From Patescibacteria group bacterium (lineage in GTDB: Bacteria; Patescibacteriota; Minisyncoccia; UBA6257; 2-01-FULL-56-20): 64,000 nt of DNA. Every line of letters begins with the position of its first letter. The stretch's first letter is position 1. The stretch covers positions 4,820 to 68,819 of the forward strand of contig JAGWKM010000003.1 of assembly GCA_028865305.1 (NCBI GenBank), written 5' to 3'. The position numbers were made by a program, and so were the translations under genes. The notes below the pieces were generated by a model. It was not told the origin of the DNA and searched no databases. It saw nothing but the letters and a program-made list of their open reading frames with translations. Positions 51,968 through 60,076 of this stretch are shown piece by piece.

Positions 51968-53812
51968 ATGTCCAAATTCAAATTATTCATCAAATCGCAT
52001 CGGGTTGCCTCGATCATCGTCCTTATCGTTGCCCTTGCCGGTTGCTATTACTGGTACCGCAGCGCGCAAAGCGCTTCGGCGCCGGCACGGTATGTAGTTG
52101 CCGCGGCCAAGCCGGGAACCGTGATTGCCTCGGTGCAGGGGAGCGGCCAGGTGGATTCGGTGACATCGATCAACGTGAACCCCCAGGTGACGGAGACGGT
52201 GACCGGCGTTTACGTCCAGCCCGGCGATTACGTCCGCGCCGGCCAGCTATTGGTACAGCTCGATCCGACGAATGAACAAAAGGCCCTGCGGCAGGCGGAG
52301 CTTTCGCTGCAGTCAGCCCAAATATCACTTTCCAAACTGCAGGAGGCGCCTGCCACGACCACGCTCGTCCAGGATCAAAATGCCGTTACGCAGGCAGAAG
52401 ACCAATTGAACACCGCCTCCGCAACACTCCAAAGGGATTATCAGTCGGGTTTTGATACTTTGACCGCCACATTCACCGACCTGCAGAATATCATCACCGG
52501 CGTCCAGAATTTCGTTCAGGGCGCTGACGTGAATAAGATCCAGGCCGATCCGGATGCCTATGTGAACCTGATGCCGAATTACCTAACCGCGCAAGCTCTG
52601 CCGTATCGCAACAACATTTATTCCGCATTCCAAACGGCAACCGCGGCATACCAAAACAACCTGGTTGATTTCCACGCCGCAGACCGGAATTCAAGTCCGG
52701 CAATCATCGATGCGCTCCTTGCGGAAACGGCGAGTACCGCGAAGAATATTTCAAATAGCGTGAAATCGGTGAAGGATCTCCTGAATTTCGTCGTCAATAA
52801 CTATCCATCTTCCTCAAGCACCAACCCGCTGCCGCAGGTCACGAACACGTATCAAACGAATTTCGGCAATTATACAAATACGATCAACACCGATATTTCG
52901 AATCTGCTCGGCGCTCAAAATACGATTTCGTCCGACAAGACCGCAATTAAAAATGCCCAGCTTTCGCTGAATGAAGCGCAAAATACGCTCACGGCGCTCT
53001 TGGCTGGCCCCGATACGCTTGATGTGCAATCACAGAACATTTCGATTCAGCAACAGCAGCTTTCCCTGCAAACGGCCCAGCAGAATCTGGACAATACTTC
53101 GATCCGTGCGCCGATTTCCGGCGTGATTTCCGCCGTGAGCGCCGTGGCGGGAGAAAGCGTAGCTTCGCCGGCAGTGACCATGGTTGGCTCGGATAAGGTG
53201 GCGGAAGTGACGTTGAACGAAGTGGATGCGGCGAAAGTGAGCTTGGGCCAGCAAGCGGCGCTGAGTTTCGACGCGCTGCCGAATCTGTCGCTCGCGGGGA
53301 AAGTAGTGGAAGTGGATCCGGTCGGCACCGTGTCGCAGGGCGTCGTGAATTACAACGTGAAGATCAGTTTTGCGAGCGCGGCTTCCGCGACGAGCACGGA
53401 CCAAGTGAAGCCCGGCATGAGCGTGACGGCGAATATCATAACGCAAGCCGACCAGAATGTGGTGACCGTGCCGAACTCGGCGTTGCTTACCGTCGGTTCG
53501 CAAAAATTCATCATGGTACCGGCTTCACCGCTATCGGCCGAAGAATTGGCGTCCAGCTCCGCCGTCGGGATTGAACTCGCGGCGGCACCGGTACGTGTTC
53601 CGGTCGCAACGGGAATTTCAAACAGCAACGTGACTGAGATCACATCCGGTTTGAATGTCGGCGACCAATATATAGCAAGGACCATTTCAGGTTCCGCCGG
53701 AACGGGCGGGGCGGGAACGAATGCGCTGCGCACGCTTGGCGGCGGCGCAGGCGGAGCATTCTTCGGAGGCGGCGCGGTCCGAGTCGGCGGAGGAGGACGT
53801 GTTGGCGGATGA
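51968..53812 (+). CDS. HlyD/MacA-type periplasmic adaptor (membrane fusion protein) with long coiled coil and Gly-rich tail
   Basis: Lipoyl-like VYVQPGDYVRAGQLLVQLD ... IRAPISGVISAV, and a beta-barrel/MP domain VKPGMSVTANI. Long Q/N/T-rich helical hairpin. Confidence 0.8.
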   Translation: MSKFKLFIKSHRVASIIVLIVALAGCYYWYRSAQSASAPARYVVAAAKPGTVIASVQGSGQVDSVTSINVNPQVTETVTGVYVQPGDYVRAGQLLVQLDPTNEQKALRQAELSLQSAQISLSKLQEAPATTTLVQDQNAVTQAEDQLNTASATLQRDYQSGFDTLTATFTDLQNIITGVQNFVQGADVNKIQADPDAYVNLMPNYLTAQALPYRNNIYSAFQTATAAYQNNLVDFHAADRNSSPAIIDALLAETASTAKNISNSVKSVKDLLNFVVNNYPSSSSTNPLPQVTNTYQTNFGNYTNTINTDISNLLGAQNTISSDKTAIKNAQLSLNEAQNTLTALLAGPDTLDVQSQNISIQQQQLSLQTAQQNLDNTSIRAPISGVISAVSAVAGESVASPAVTMVGSDKVAEVTLNEVDAAKVSLGQQAALSFDALPNLSLAGKVVEVDPVGTVSQGVVNYNVKISFASAASATSTDQVKPGMSVTANIITQADQNVVTVPNSALLTVGSQKFIMVPASPLSAEELASSSAVGIELAAAPVRVPVATGISNSNVTEITSGLNVGDQYIARTISGSAGTGGAGTNALRTLGGGAGGAFFGGGAVRVGGGGRVGG

Positions 53813-53853
53813 CCTTTCTGTCATGCTGATGCTCTGCCGAAGAATCTTATCTG

Positions 53854-53998
53854 AAATTTCTAATATCTAATTAATAATTAATAACGAATGTCTAAAGTTA
53901 AATTTCCAACGGACATTTGGCATTACACATTCGTTATTAATTAGTCATTATTAATTAGATATTTCCCCAACAACACATTCGTTATTAATTAGAAATTT
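53854..53998 (+). repeat. Family-A element, copy A4 (full length)
   Basis: gaaatttctaatatctaattaataattaataacgaatg...cattcgttattaattag...atttccccaacaacacattcgttattaattagaaattt. Confidence 0.9.
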
Positions 53999-54040
53999 GG
54001 AGCGTTATTGATTGATTACCCGGCGCAAAACCAACGAGCG

Positions 54041-54763
54041 ATGAAAAATATTATTGATTGCAAAAACATCCAAAAGACTTACGGCGCAGGCGACACGGCG
54101 ACCGTGGTCCTGAAGGGCGTAACGTTCTCCGTAAAGGAGGGGGAGTTTGTGGCGATCATGGGGCCGTCCGGTTCCGGCAAATCAACGTTGATGCACATCA
54201 TCGGCTGTCTCGATACGCCGACCGGCGGGGAATATTTGATTGACGGCAGGGATGTTTCCAAGTTAAGCGATGACGAACTTGCCGATATCCGTCGCGAGAA
54301 GATCGGTTTCGTCTTCCAGGCGTTTAATCTTTTGCCGCGAACGACTGTCCTGCGGAATGTTTCGTTGCCGCTCATTTATGAAGGTGTCGAGAAAACGAAA
54401 CGCGAAGGGATTGCCGAAAGGGCATTGGCCGATTCCGCTTTTCCGCAGAAATTTTGGTACCACCATTCAAACCAGCTTAGCGGCGGTATGATGCAGCGCG
54501 TGGCGATCGCCCGGTCGCTCGTCAATAATCCGGCGCTCATTTTGGCGGACGAGCCGACCGGCAACCTGGATTCAAAGACCGGCGAGACCGTCCTCGGTAC
54601 GTTCCAAAACCTGAATGAGAAGCAAGGCAAGACGATCGTCTTGATCACCCATGAGCGCTATGTCGCCGAACACGCCGACCGGATCATCCATATTTTAGAC
54701 GGGAAGATCGTGCAGGAGGAGTCGAATGGCGTGCACCAGAGGAAAGCGACAATCAATGTCTAA
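54041..54763 (+). CDS. MacB/LolD-type ABC transporter ATP-binding protein
   Basis: GPSGSGKSTLMHIIG, LSGGMMQRVAIARSL and LILADEPTGNLD. Confidence 0.9.
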   Translation: MKNIIDCKNIQKTYGAGDTATVVLKGVTFSVKEGEFVAIMGPSGSGKSTLMHIIGCLDTPTGGEYLIDGRDVSKLSDDELADIRREKIGFVFQAFNLLPRTTVLRNVSLPLIYEGVEKTKREGIAERALADSAFPQKFWYHHSNQLSGGMMQRVAIARSLVNNPALILADEPTGNLDSKTGETVLGTFQNLNEKQGKTIVLITHERYVAEHADRIIHILDGKIVQEESNGVHQRKATINV

Positions 54764-54906
54764 TGTCTAATTAATAATTAATAACGAATGTGTAAAGTTA
54801 AATTTCCAACGGACATTCGGACATTATCCATTCGTTATTAATTATTAATTAGATATTTCCCCAACAATCCATTCGTTATTAATTAGGCATTATTAATTAG
54901 AAATTA
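54758..54906 (+). repeat. Family-A element, copy A5 (full length; overlaps the ATPase stop codon)
   Basis: gtctaatgtctaattaataattaataacgaatg...cattcgttattaattattaattag...atttccccaacaatccattcgttattaattaggcattattaattag. Confidence 0.9.
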
Positions 54907-54909
54907 CGT

Positions 54910-56154
54910 ATGACGACCAGCGATATTTTTGAAGAAACTTATTCAGCCGTGACGGTCAATAAGGTCAGATCGGGCTTAACGATGCTCGGCATCGTGATCG
55001 GCATCGCTTCGGTGATCGCCTTGACCGCCGTCGGCCAGGGCGCCCAAAGTTCGATCCAGTCAAGCATTCAATCGCTTGGCTCGAACCTGCTCATCGTAAT
55101 GCCGGGCGCTTCGAAATCATTCGGTTCCACGGTGAGTGCGGGTCTCGGCAGTGCTGAAACGTTAACGCCGGATGATGCCACGGCCATCAGTCAATTGCCC
55201 GGCGTGAGCGCCGTCGCGCAAGAAGTGAGCGGCCGCTATCAGGTCGTCTACGCAGGCACCAACACGAACGTCAGCGTTCTCGGCACCACGTCCGCTTATC
55301 CCATCGTGCGCAACGTACAGATCGACCAGGGAAATTTCATCACCGACCAGGATGTCGCCGAATCGAACCGTATTGCGGTAATCGGCCCGACCGTTTTGCA
55401 AACATTATGGAATCCGTCAGGCAATGCGACAGCCACGCCCGACATGGCAATCGGCCAGATGATCCGCATCAAAGGTGTTGATTTTACCGTTATCGGCGTG
55501 ACAGTTTCAAAAGGCGGCACCGGCTTCAATAACCAGGACAATATGATTTACGTGCCGCTCTCAACCGCCCAGCATTATCTCATTGGAAACAGTTCTTATA
55601 TCACCGAAGCCGACGTGGAGGCCCAGGATGCGCAATCAATGACGAACGTGCAGGATGAAATTACGCAGCTTTTACTCCAGCGGCACAATATCAGCGACCC
55701 GACGCAAGCCGATTTCAACGTACTGAACCAGGCGGATATCGTCGCGGCCGCTTCATCTGTTACTGGAACTTTCACGACTTTGCTTGCCGCGATCGCCGGC
55801 ATTTCGCTCCTCGTCGGCGGCATCGGCATCATGAACATGATGCTCACGACCGTCACCGAGCGAACGCGCGAAATCGGCTTGCGCAAGGCGATTGGCGCCA
55901 AGCGGCACGATATCACGATGCAATTCCTGGCCGAATCCGTTACGCTCACGTTCGGTGGCGGCGCTATTGGCATTATCCTCGGTTGGCTTGGCGCAATCGC
56001 GATATCTTCGTTCACCGGTACCGCAACAACCATTTCGCTCGGTTCGATCATTTTGGCTTTCTGTGTCTCTGCCGGAATCGGGATCGTGTTCGGCTATTAT
56101 CCGGCAAGGCGGGCGGCAGGGCTGAATCCGATAGAAGCTCTGAGATATGAGTGA
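54910..56154 (+). CDS. MacB-type ABC transporter permease (FtsX family with large extracytoplasmic domain)
   Basis: TM1, then a ~230-aa MacB_PCD-like domain, then three TMs with the FtsX motif RTREIGLRKAIGAKR. C-terminal PIEALRYE. Confidence 0.88.
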   Translation: MTTSDIFEETYSAVTVNKVRSGLTMLGIVIGIASVIALTAVGQGAQSSIQSSIQSLGSNLLIVMPGASKSFGSTVSAGLGSAETLTPDDATAISQLPGVSAVAQEVSGRYQVVYAGTNTNVSVLGTTSAYPIVRNVQIDQGNFITDQDVAESNRIAVIGPTVLQTLWNPSGNATATPDMAIGQMIRIKGVDFTVIGVTVSKGGTGFNNQDNMIYVPLSTAQHYLIGNSSYITEADVEAQDAQSMTNVQDEITQLLLQRHNISDPTQADFNVLNQADIVAAASSVTGTFTTLLAAIAGISLLVGGIGIMNMMLTTVTERTREIGLRKAIGAKRHDITMQFLAESVTLTFGGGAIGIILGWLGAIAISSFTGTATTISLGSIILAFCVSAGIGIVFGYYPARRAAGLNPIEALRYE

Positions 56155-56234
56155 AATGTTCCTGGCATCCCGAACTTGCTGCATCCGCCATGGCTTTAGC
56201 GAGGGCGGAGCCCGGGATCTAGAGCGTTCACATG

Positions 56235-56388
56235 ACTAATTAATAATATCTAATTAATAACGAATGCATTGTTGGGGAAATTTCTAATTAATAATATCTA
56301 ATTAATAACGAATGAATAATGTTCGAATGTCCGTTGGAAATTTAACCTTGGACATTCGTTATTAATTATTAATTAGATATTAGAAATT
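56235..56388 (-). repeat. Family-A element, copy A6 (inverted relative to A4/A5)
   Basis: ctaattaataatatctaattaataacgaatgcattgttggggaaatttctaattaataatatctaattaataacgaatg...cattcgttattaattattaattag. Confidence 0.9.
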
Positions 56389-56417
56389 ACAAAAGGTCGT
56401 CGATACAGAAACAAATT

Positions 56418-56870
56418 ATGAAAAAATCAACAGTCATTATCATTGCAGTTGTCTTCGCCGTAGCCGCTTTCGTGGCTGGCATGTTCTACGGCAAATCCTC
56501 AACTGCGGTTTCGCCGCAGGCAGCTTTGAATGGCAACGGCGGCACATTCACGCGCCGGTTCGCGGCAGGCGGGGCTGCGGGTGCGGCAAATATCATCGCC
56601 GGACAGATCATTTCGGAAAACGGCCAAAGCGTGACCATCCAATTGCCGGACGGTAATTCGCAGGTTGTTTATTTCTCACCATCAACCGAGATCACGATGG
56701 TGAAAGTAGCTTCCGGAACGGCAAGCGCCCTCGCCGTTGGCACCGACATCATCGTGACGAGCAGCACCAAAGATTCAAGCGGCGTCGTCACGGCGAATGC
56801 TATCCAAGTTCGCCAAGGAGGTGCCGGGGGCATGCTCTATCGCGTCGGCGCAGGAATAAATGGCGGTTAA
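56418..56870 (+). CDS. Membrane-anchored small beta-barrel-like protein (DUF5666-like pattern)
   Basis: N-terminal TM, then GQIISENGQSVTIQLPDGNSQVVYFSPSTEI....LAVGTDIIVTSSTKDSSGVVTANAIQV. Confidence 0.55.
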   Translation: MKKSTVIIIAVVFAVAAFVAGMFYGKSSTAVSPQAALNGNGGTFTRRFAAGGAAGAANIIAGQIISENGQSVTIQLPDGNSQVVYFSPSTEITMVKVASGTASALAVGTDIIVTSSTKDSSGVVTANAIQVRQGGAGGMLYRVGAGINGG

Positions 56871-56983
56871 CGCGTTAATGCTGCTTTTGAATCAAGATCC
56901 CGTTTTTTGCTCTGGTCGGGCCAAAAACGGGATTTTCAATGAAGAATAATTGTGTTTTCCATTGGTAAATTTAAGATTGATTT

Positions 56984-57586
56984 ATGCGACGGAGACTGTT
57001 TTTCGCTTTAAATGTGGACGAGCGGACGAAGGAAGCGATCCAAAAATCGATTGCAGGCTTAAGGCCGGAATTCGACCGCCGGTTCCGTTTTGTGCCGCCG
57101 GAAAACTGGCATATCACTGTTTCATTTCTGGGGGCGCAGGATAACGGGCGGCTGACGAACATCATGAGGGCGGCAAAGGAAGCGGCAAAACATTTTGAAC
57201 CGATGGTCGTAACGTTCGAGCGGCTGCAATTCGGGCCGGATGACCGCCATCCGCGGATGATCTGGATGGCAACCGACCAGGGCACTTCGGGGCAAATCGG
57301 GGAATTGAAGGGTGAACTCGAGGCCCGGCTTGCCGGGAACGGCGTCTCCTTCGAACGCGAATCGCGGCCGTTTGCGGGGCATATCACTTTGGCGCGGACT
57401 TCCCGAAACGGAACTATGTCCGATGCCGGCAGAACGGTACCGGGCACCGTCCCATTTCAGGCGGGACCCCTTCACCTAAAATGCACAATTGATAGTATAG
57501 ATTTAATGGAATCAGAATTGAAAAAGAGCGGCTCGGAATATGCAATTTTGCAGAACTTTCACTTAGCAGGAAGCAGCGAGGATTAG
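56984..57586 (+). CDS. thpR: RNA 2',3'-cyclic phosphodiesterase (ThpR/LigT, 2H family)
   Basis: Two H-x-T/S-x motifs, WHITVSFLG and GHITLAR, at canonical spacing. Confidence 0.8.
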   Translation: MRRRLFFALNVDERTKEAIQKSIAGLRPEFDRRFRFVPPENWHITVSFLGAQDNGRLTNIMRAAKEAAKHFEPMVVTFERLQFGPDDRHPRMIWMATDQGTSGQIGELKGELEARLAGNGVSFERESRPFAGHITLARTSRNGTMSDAGRTVPGTVPFQAGPLHLKCTIDSIDLMESELKKSGSEYAILQNFHLAGSSED

Positions 57587-57618
57587 ATTCGACGGTCGTC
57601 GAATCTAATCCTCGCTGC
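57573..57618. repeat. Family-C palindrome copy 3: perfect 22-bp arms, 2-nt centre
   Basis: GCAGCGAGGATTAGATTCGACG-GT-CGTCGAATCTAATCCTCGCTGC. Contains the thpR stop TAG (57584-57586). Confidence 0.95.
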
Positions 57619-57668
57619 CGGCCGCTTCCCGCTCTCGCTAAAATTTGTTAAACTTACAGAACTGACCT

Positions 57669-58946
57669 GTGAAAAAACGAGTCCTTGAAATCACCATCGT
57701 CGCGGTTCTTGGTGTTGCCCTCCTCGGCAGCGGTTTTTGGCTTGGCTGGACGACGGGCCGGAAATATCCGACGAATCTCGTGATCACGGGAGTAGGTTCG
57801 AGCACCTTGGCGCAGGCATCGAGCGTTGCCGATTTCAGCATCTTTTGGCAGGCCTGGCAGGATATCAACGACCTCTATCTTCGGAATCCCGATATTTCAA
57901 GCACGGCAAAGGTTTATGGCGCCGTGAATGGGTTGGTGCAGTCGCTTGGCGACCCCTACACCGAATTCTTCGCTCCGGCGGACAGCCAGCAGTTTCAGCA
58001 GAACATTCAGGGCAGCTTCGGCGGCATCGGCGCGGAGCTTGGCGGCAACCTGGCAAACGAGATTGTCATAATCGCCCCGCTCAAGGGTTCGCCGGCGGAG
58101 GCGGCCGGTTTGAAACCTGGCGACATCATCCTTGGCGTGAACGGCAGCTCGACCGCAGACATGACGGTTGACCAGGCGGTAATGTTGATCCGCGGTCCGG
58201 TCGGGCAAAAAGTGACCCTGACCATCGGCCGCACCGGCTGGAATGCTCCGAAAGATTTCACCATCACCCGCCAGACCGTCCAAGTGCCGCTCGTCGATTT
58301 TGAGATGAAAGGGGACATCGCGCATATTTCCGTCCACCAATTCGACCAGGAAACGGGGCGGCAGTTTTACAATGCCCTCGTGCAGGCGGTGAACCATAAC
58401 GCGAAGGGGATCGTGCTTGACCTCCGCGGCGATCCGGGCGGCTATCTGGAAGTCGCCGTGGAGCTCGCGGGTTATTTCCTGAAACCGGGATCGCTCGTTG
58501 TGAAGGAAGTTGGCCGCGCGGTGCCGGAGCAGGATTTTACGTCTTCCGGCAACGGGGCGCTCGCGAACCTGCCGATGGCGGTTCTGATCGACAGCGGTTC
58601 GGCTTCGGCATCGGAGATCCTTGCCGGTGCGCTGCACGATGACCGGAAAATTCCGCTTGTCGGCACAAAGAGTTTCGGGAAAGGAACGGTGCAGGAATTG
58701 GAGCAGCTTTCCGACGGTTCATCGATCAAAATAACGGTTGCGCATTGGGTCATGCCGTCCGGCCTCATAATCGACCATAAGGGCATCATGCCGGATTACG
58801 CCGTGACGCTTACCGACCAGGATATCCAGAGCAAAAATGACACGCAGCTCGCGAAGGCCCTCCAGGTAGTGCAGGCGGAAATAGACGGCAAGCCGCTGCC
58901 AACGCCGACACCTGTATCAAGCACGGCATCGTCGAGTTCATCGTAG
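57669..58946 (+). CDS. S41-family C-terminal processing peptidase (PDZ-containing)
   Basis: GIGAELG, PDZ motif LKPGDIILGVNG, GIVLDLRGDPGGYL and SASASEILAGAL. GTG start, N-terminal TM. Confidence 0.88.
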   Translation: MKKRVLEITIVAVLGVALLGSGFWLGWTTGRKYPTNLVITGVGSSTLAQASSVADFSIFWQAWQDINDLYLRNPDISSTAKVYGAVNGLVQSLGDPYTEFFAPADSQQFQQNIQGSFGGIGAELGGNLANEIVIIAPLKGSPAEAAGLKPGDIILGVNGSSTADMTVDQAVMLIRGPVGQKVTLTIGRTGWNAPKDFTITRQTVQVPLVDFEMKGDIAHISVHQFDQETGRQFYNALVQAVNHNAKGIVLDLRGDPGGYLEVAVELAGYFLKPGSLVVKEVGRAVPEQDFTSSGNGALANLPMAVLIDSGSASASEILAGALHDDRKIPLVGTKSFGKGTVQELEQLSDGSSIKITVAHWVMPSGLIIDHKGIMPDYAVTLTDQDIQSKNDTQLAKALQVVQAEIDGKPLPTPTPVSSTASSSSS

Positions 58947-59009
58947 AATGTATAAAGCGGAATGTATAATGGTTTACCCCCTCTGCTTTCTACGTTATAC
59001 ATTCTGCCC
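58943..59009. repeat. Heptad-periodic hairpin element between the S41 peptidase gene and rplI
   Basis: gtagaatgtataaagcggaatgtataatggtttaccccctctgctttctacgttatacattctgccc. Contains the peptidase stop TAG. Confidence 0.85.
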
Positions 59010-59018
59010 ATAAACGAT

Positions 59019-59468
59019 ATGAAAATTATATTACTGGCAGATGTACGGAATATTGGCAAGCGCCACGAAGTCAAGGACGTCGCTGACGGTTATGCGCGGA
59101 ATTTCCTGTTCCCGAATAATTTAGCGGAGCCAGCGACGCCGGGTGCGTTGAAGAAATTGGAGACATTAAAAGCGGCGCATGATAAGGAAGAAAAAGAATT
59201 AATCGTACATTTGGAAGGGATCAAGCGGAAACTCGAGAGCACGAAAATCGAATTCGAATTAAAGGCGGATGAAAAGGGGAGCGTGTTCGGCGCGGTGAAC
59301 AAGGAGTCGATCTTGAAAGCACTTCGGGAACATGATTTCATCACGAAAGAGCGCGTGGAGATTGAGCTGAAGTATCCGATCAAGGAGTTTGGGGAACACA
59401 AGGTGAAGGTGGATCTGAAAAAAGGCGTCACAGCGGAGCTCAAAATCCTCGTGCGCGCGAAGGGATAG
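59019..59468 (+). CDS. rplI: 50S ribosomal protein L9
   Basis: [36 protein letters not shown] is the bL9 N-terminal signature. Confidence 0.92.
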   Translation: MKIILLADVRNIGKRHEVKDVADGYARNFLFPNNLAEPATPGALKKLETLKAAHDKEEKELIVHLEGIKRKLESTKIEFELKADEKGSVFGAVNKESILKALREHDFITKERVEIELKYPIKEFGEHKVKVDLKKGVTAELKILVRAKG

Positions 59469-59513
59469 GGAATCGCCGGAAATAGTAAGTTCAGATCAAT
59501 GTCTATTATAGGC

Positions 59514-59543
59514 TTGACAAATGTAGAATAGTCATGCTATATA
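59514..59543 (+). promoter_or_regulatory. Promoter TTGACAAATGT...-N18-TATATA
   Basis: The TTGACAAATGT core and ATGCTA before the -10 are shared with the 18776 promoter. AGGAGG at 59567-59572, ATG at 59583. Confidence 0.6.
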
Positions 59544-59582
59544 TTTATCTAGTATTAATTTACGTCAGGAGGTTCTAAGAGT

Positions 59583-59906
59583 ATGGGAACTAAGGAGGGA
59601 GACAAGGTTCTCCGGTTCGCATTGAACGGGCACGAACTGACCGTCTACGTGAACACCGATCCCAACGAAGCAGAAAAGTGTAGCATCTGCGGCGCCGTCC
59701 CGGAGGGCGAGCAAAACGAAGTCCTCGTATTTACCTACGAAATCGCCGAAATGGATGAGGATGGTGTGCATCTTCCTCTGGAAGGCGAACTCTTCGAAGC
59801 CGTGAAATCCAAGATCGACAGCACTGGGTTTTTCGGCAAGGCGTTCTGCCTGGACTGCTACGATGAGCAGGACGACCGCTTCCATCGCGAAATCGAAAAT
59901 GACTGA
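59583..59906 (+). CDS. Hypothetical acidic CxxC...CxxC protein (107 aa)
   Basis: Strong promoter, SD and terminator. CSIC and CLDC pairs. No family recognised. Confidence 0.6.
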   Translation: MGTKEGDKVLRFALNGHELTVYVNTDPNEAEKCSICGAVPEGEQNEVLVFTYEIAEMDEDGVHLPLEGELFEAVKSKIDSTGFFGKAFCLDCYDEQDDRFHREIEND

Positions 59907-59930
59907 TGGGCATATTCGAAAAACCATCGA

Positions 59931-59962
59931 GCGGCATCACCCTATGGGGATGCCGCTTTTTA
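59931..59962 (+). terminator. Intrinsic terminator
   Basis: GCGGCATC-ACCCTATGGG-GATGCCGC followed by TTTTT. Confidence 0.75.
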
Positions 59963-60076
59963 TTTCAAAAACCATTCGAGGTGCGACGACGGCCTTCGTA
60001 TTCTTTCTTTTTTTTGGCGTGGAAACGGTAACTCTGGCTTTTTCAGACGGATTACCCGGCGTGACGACCATAATTT

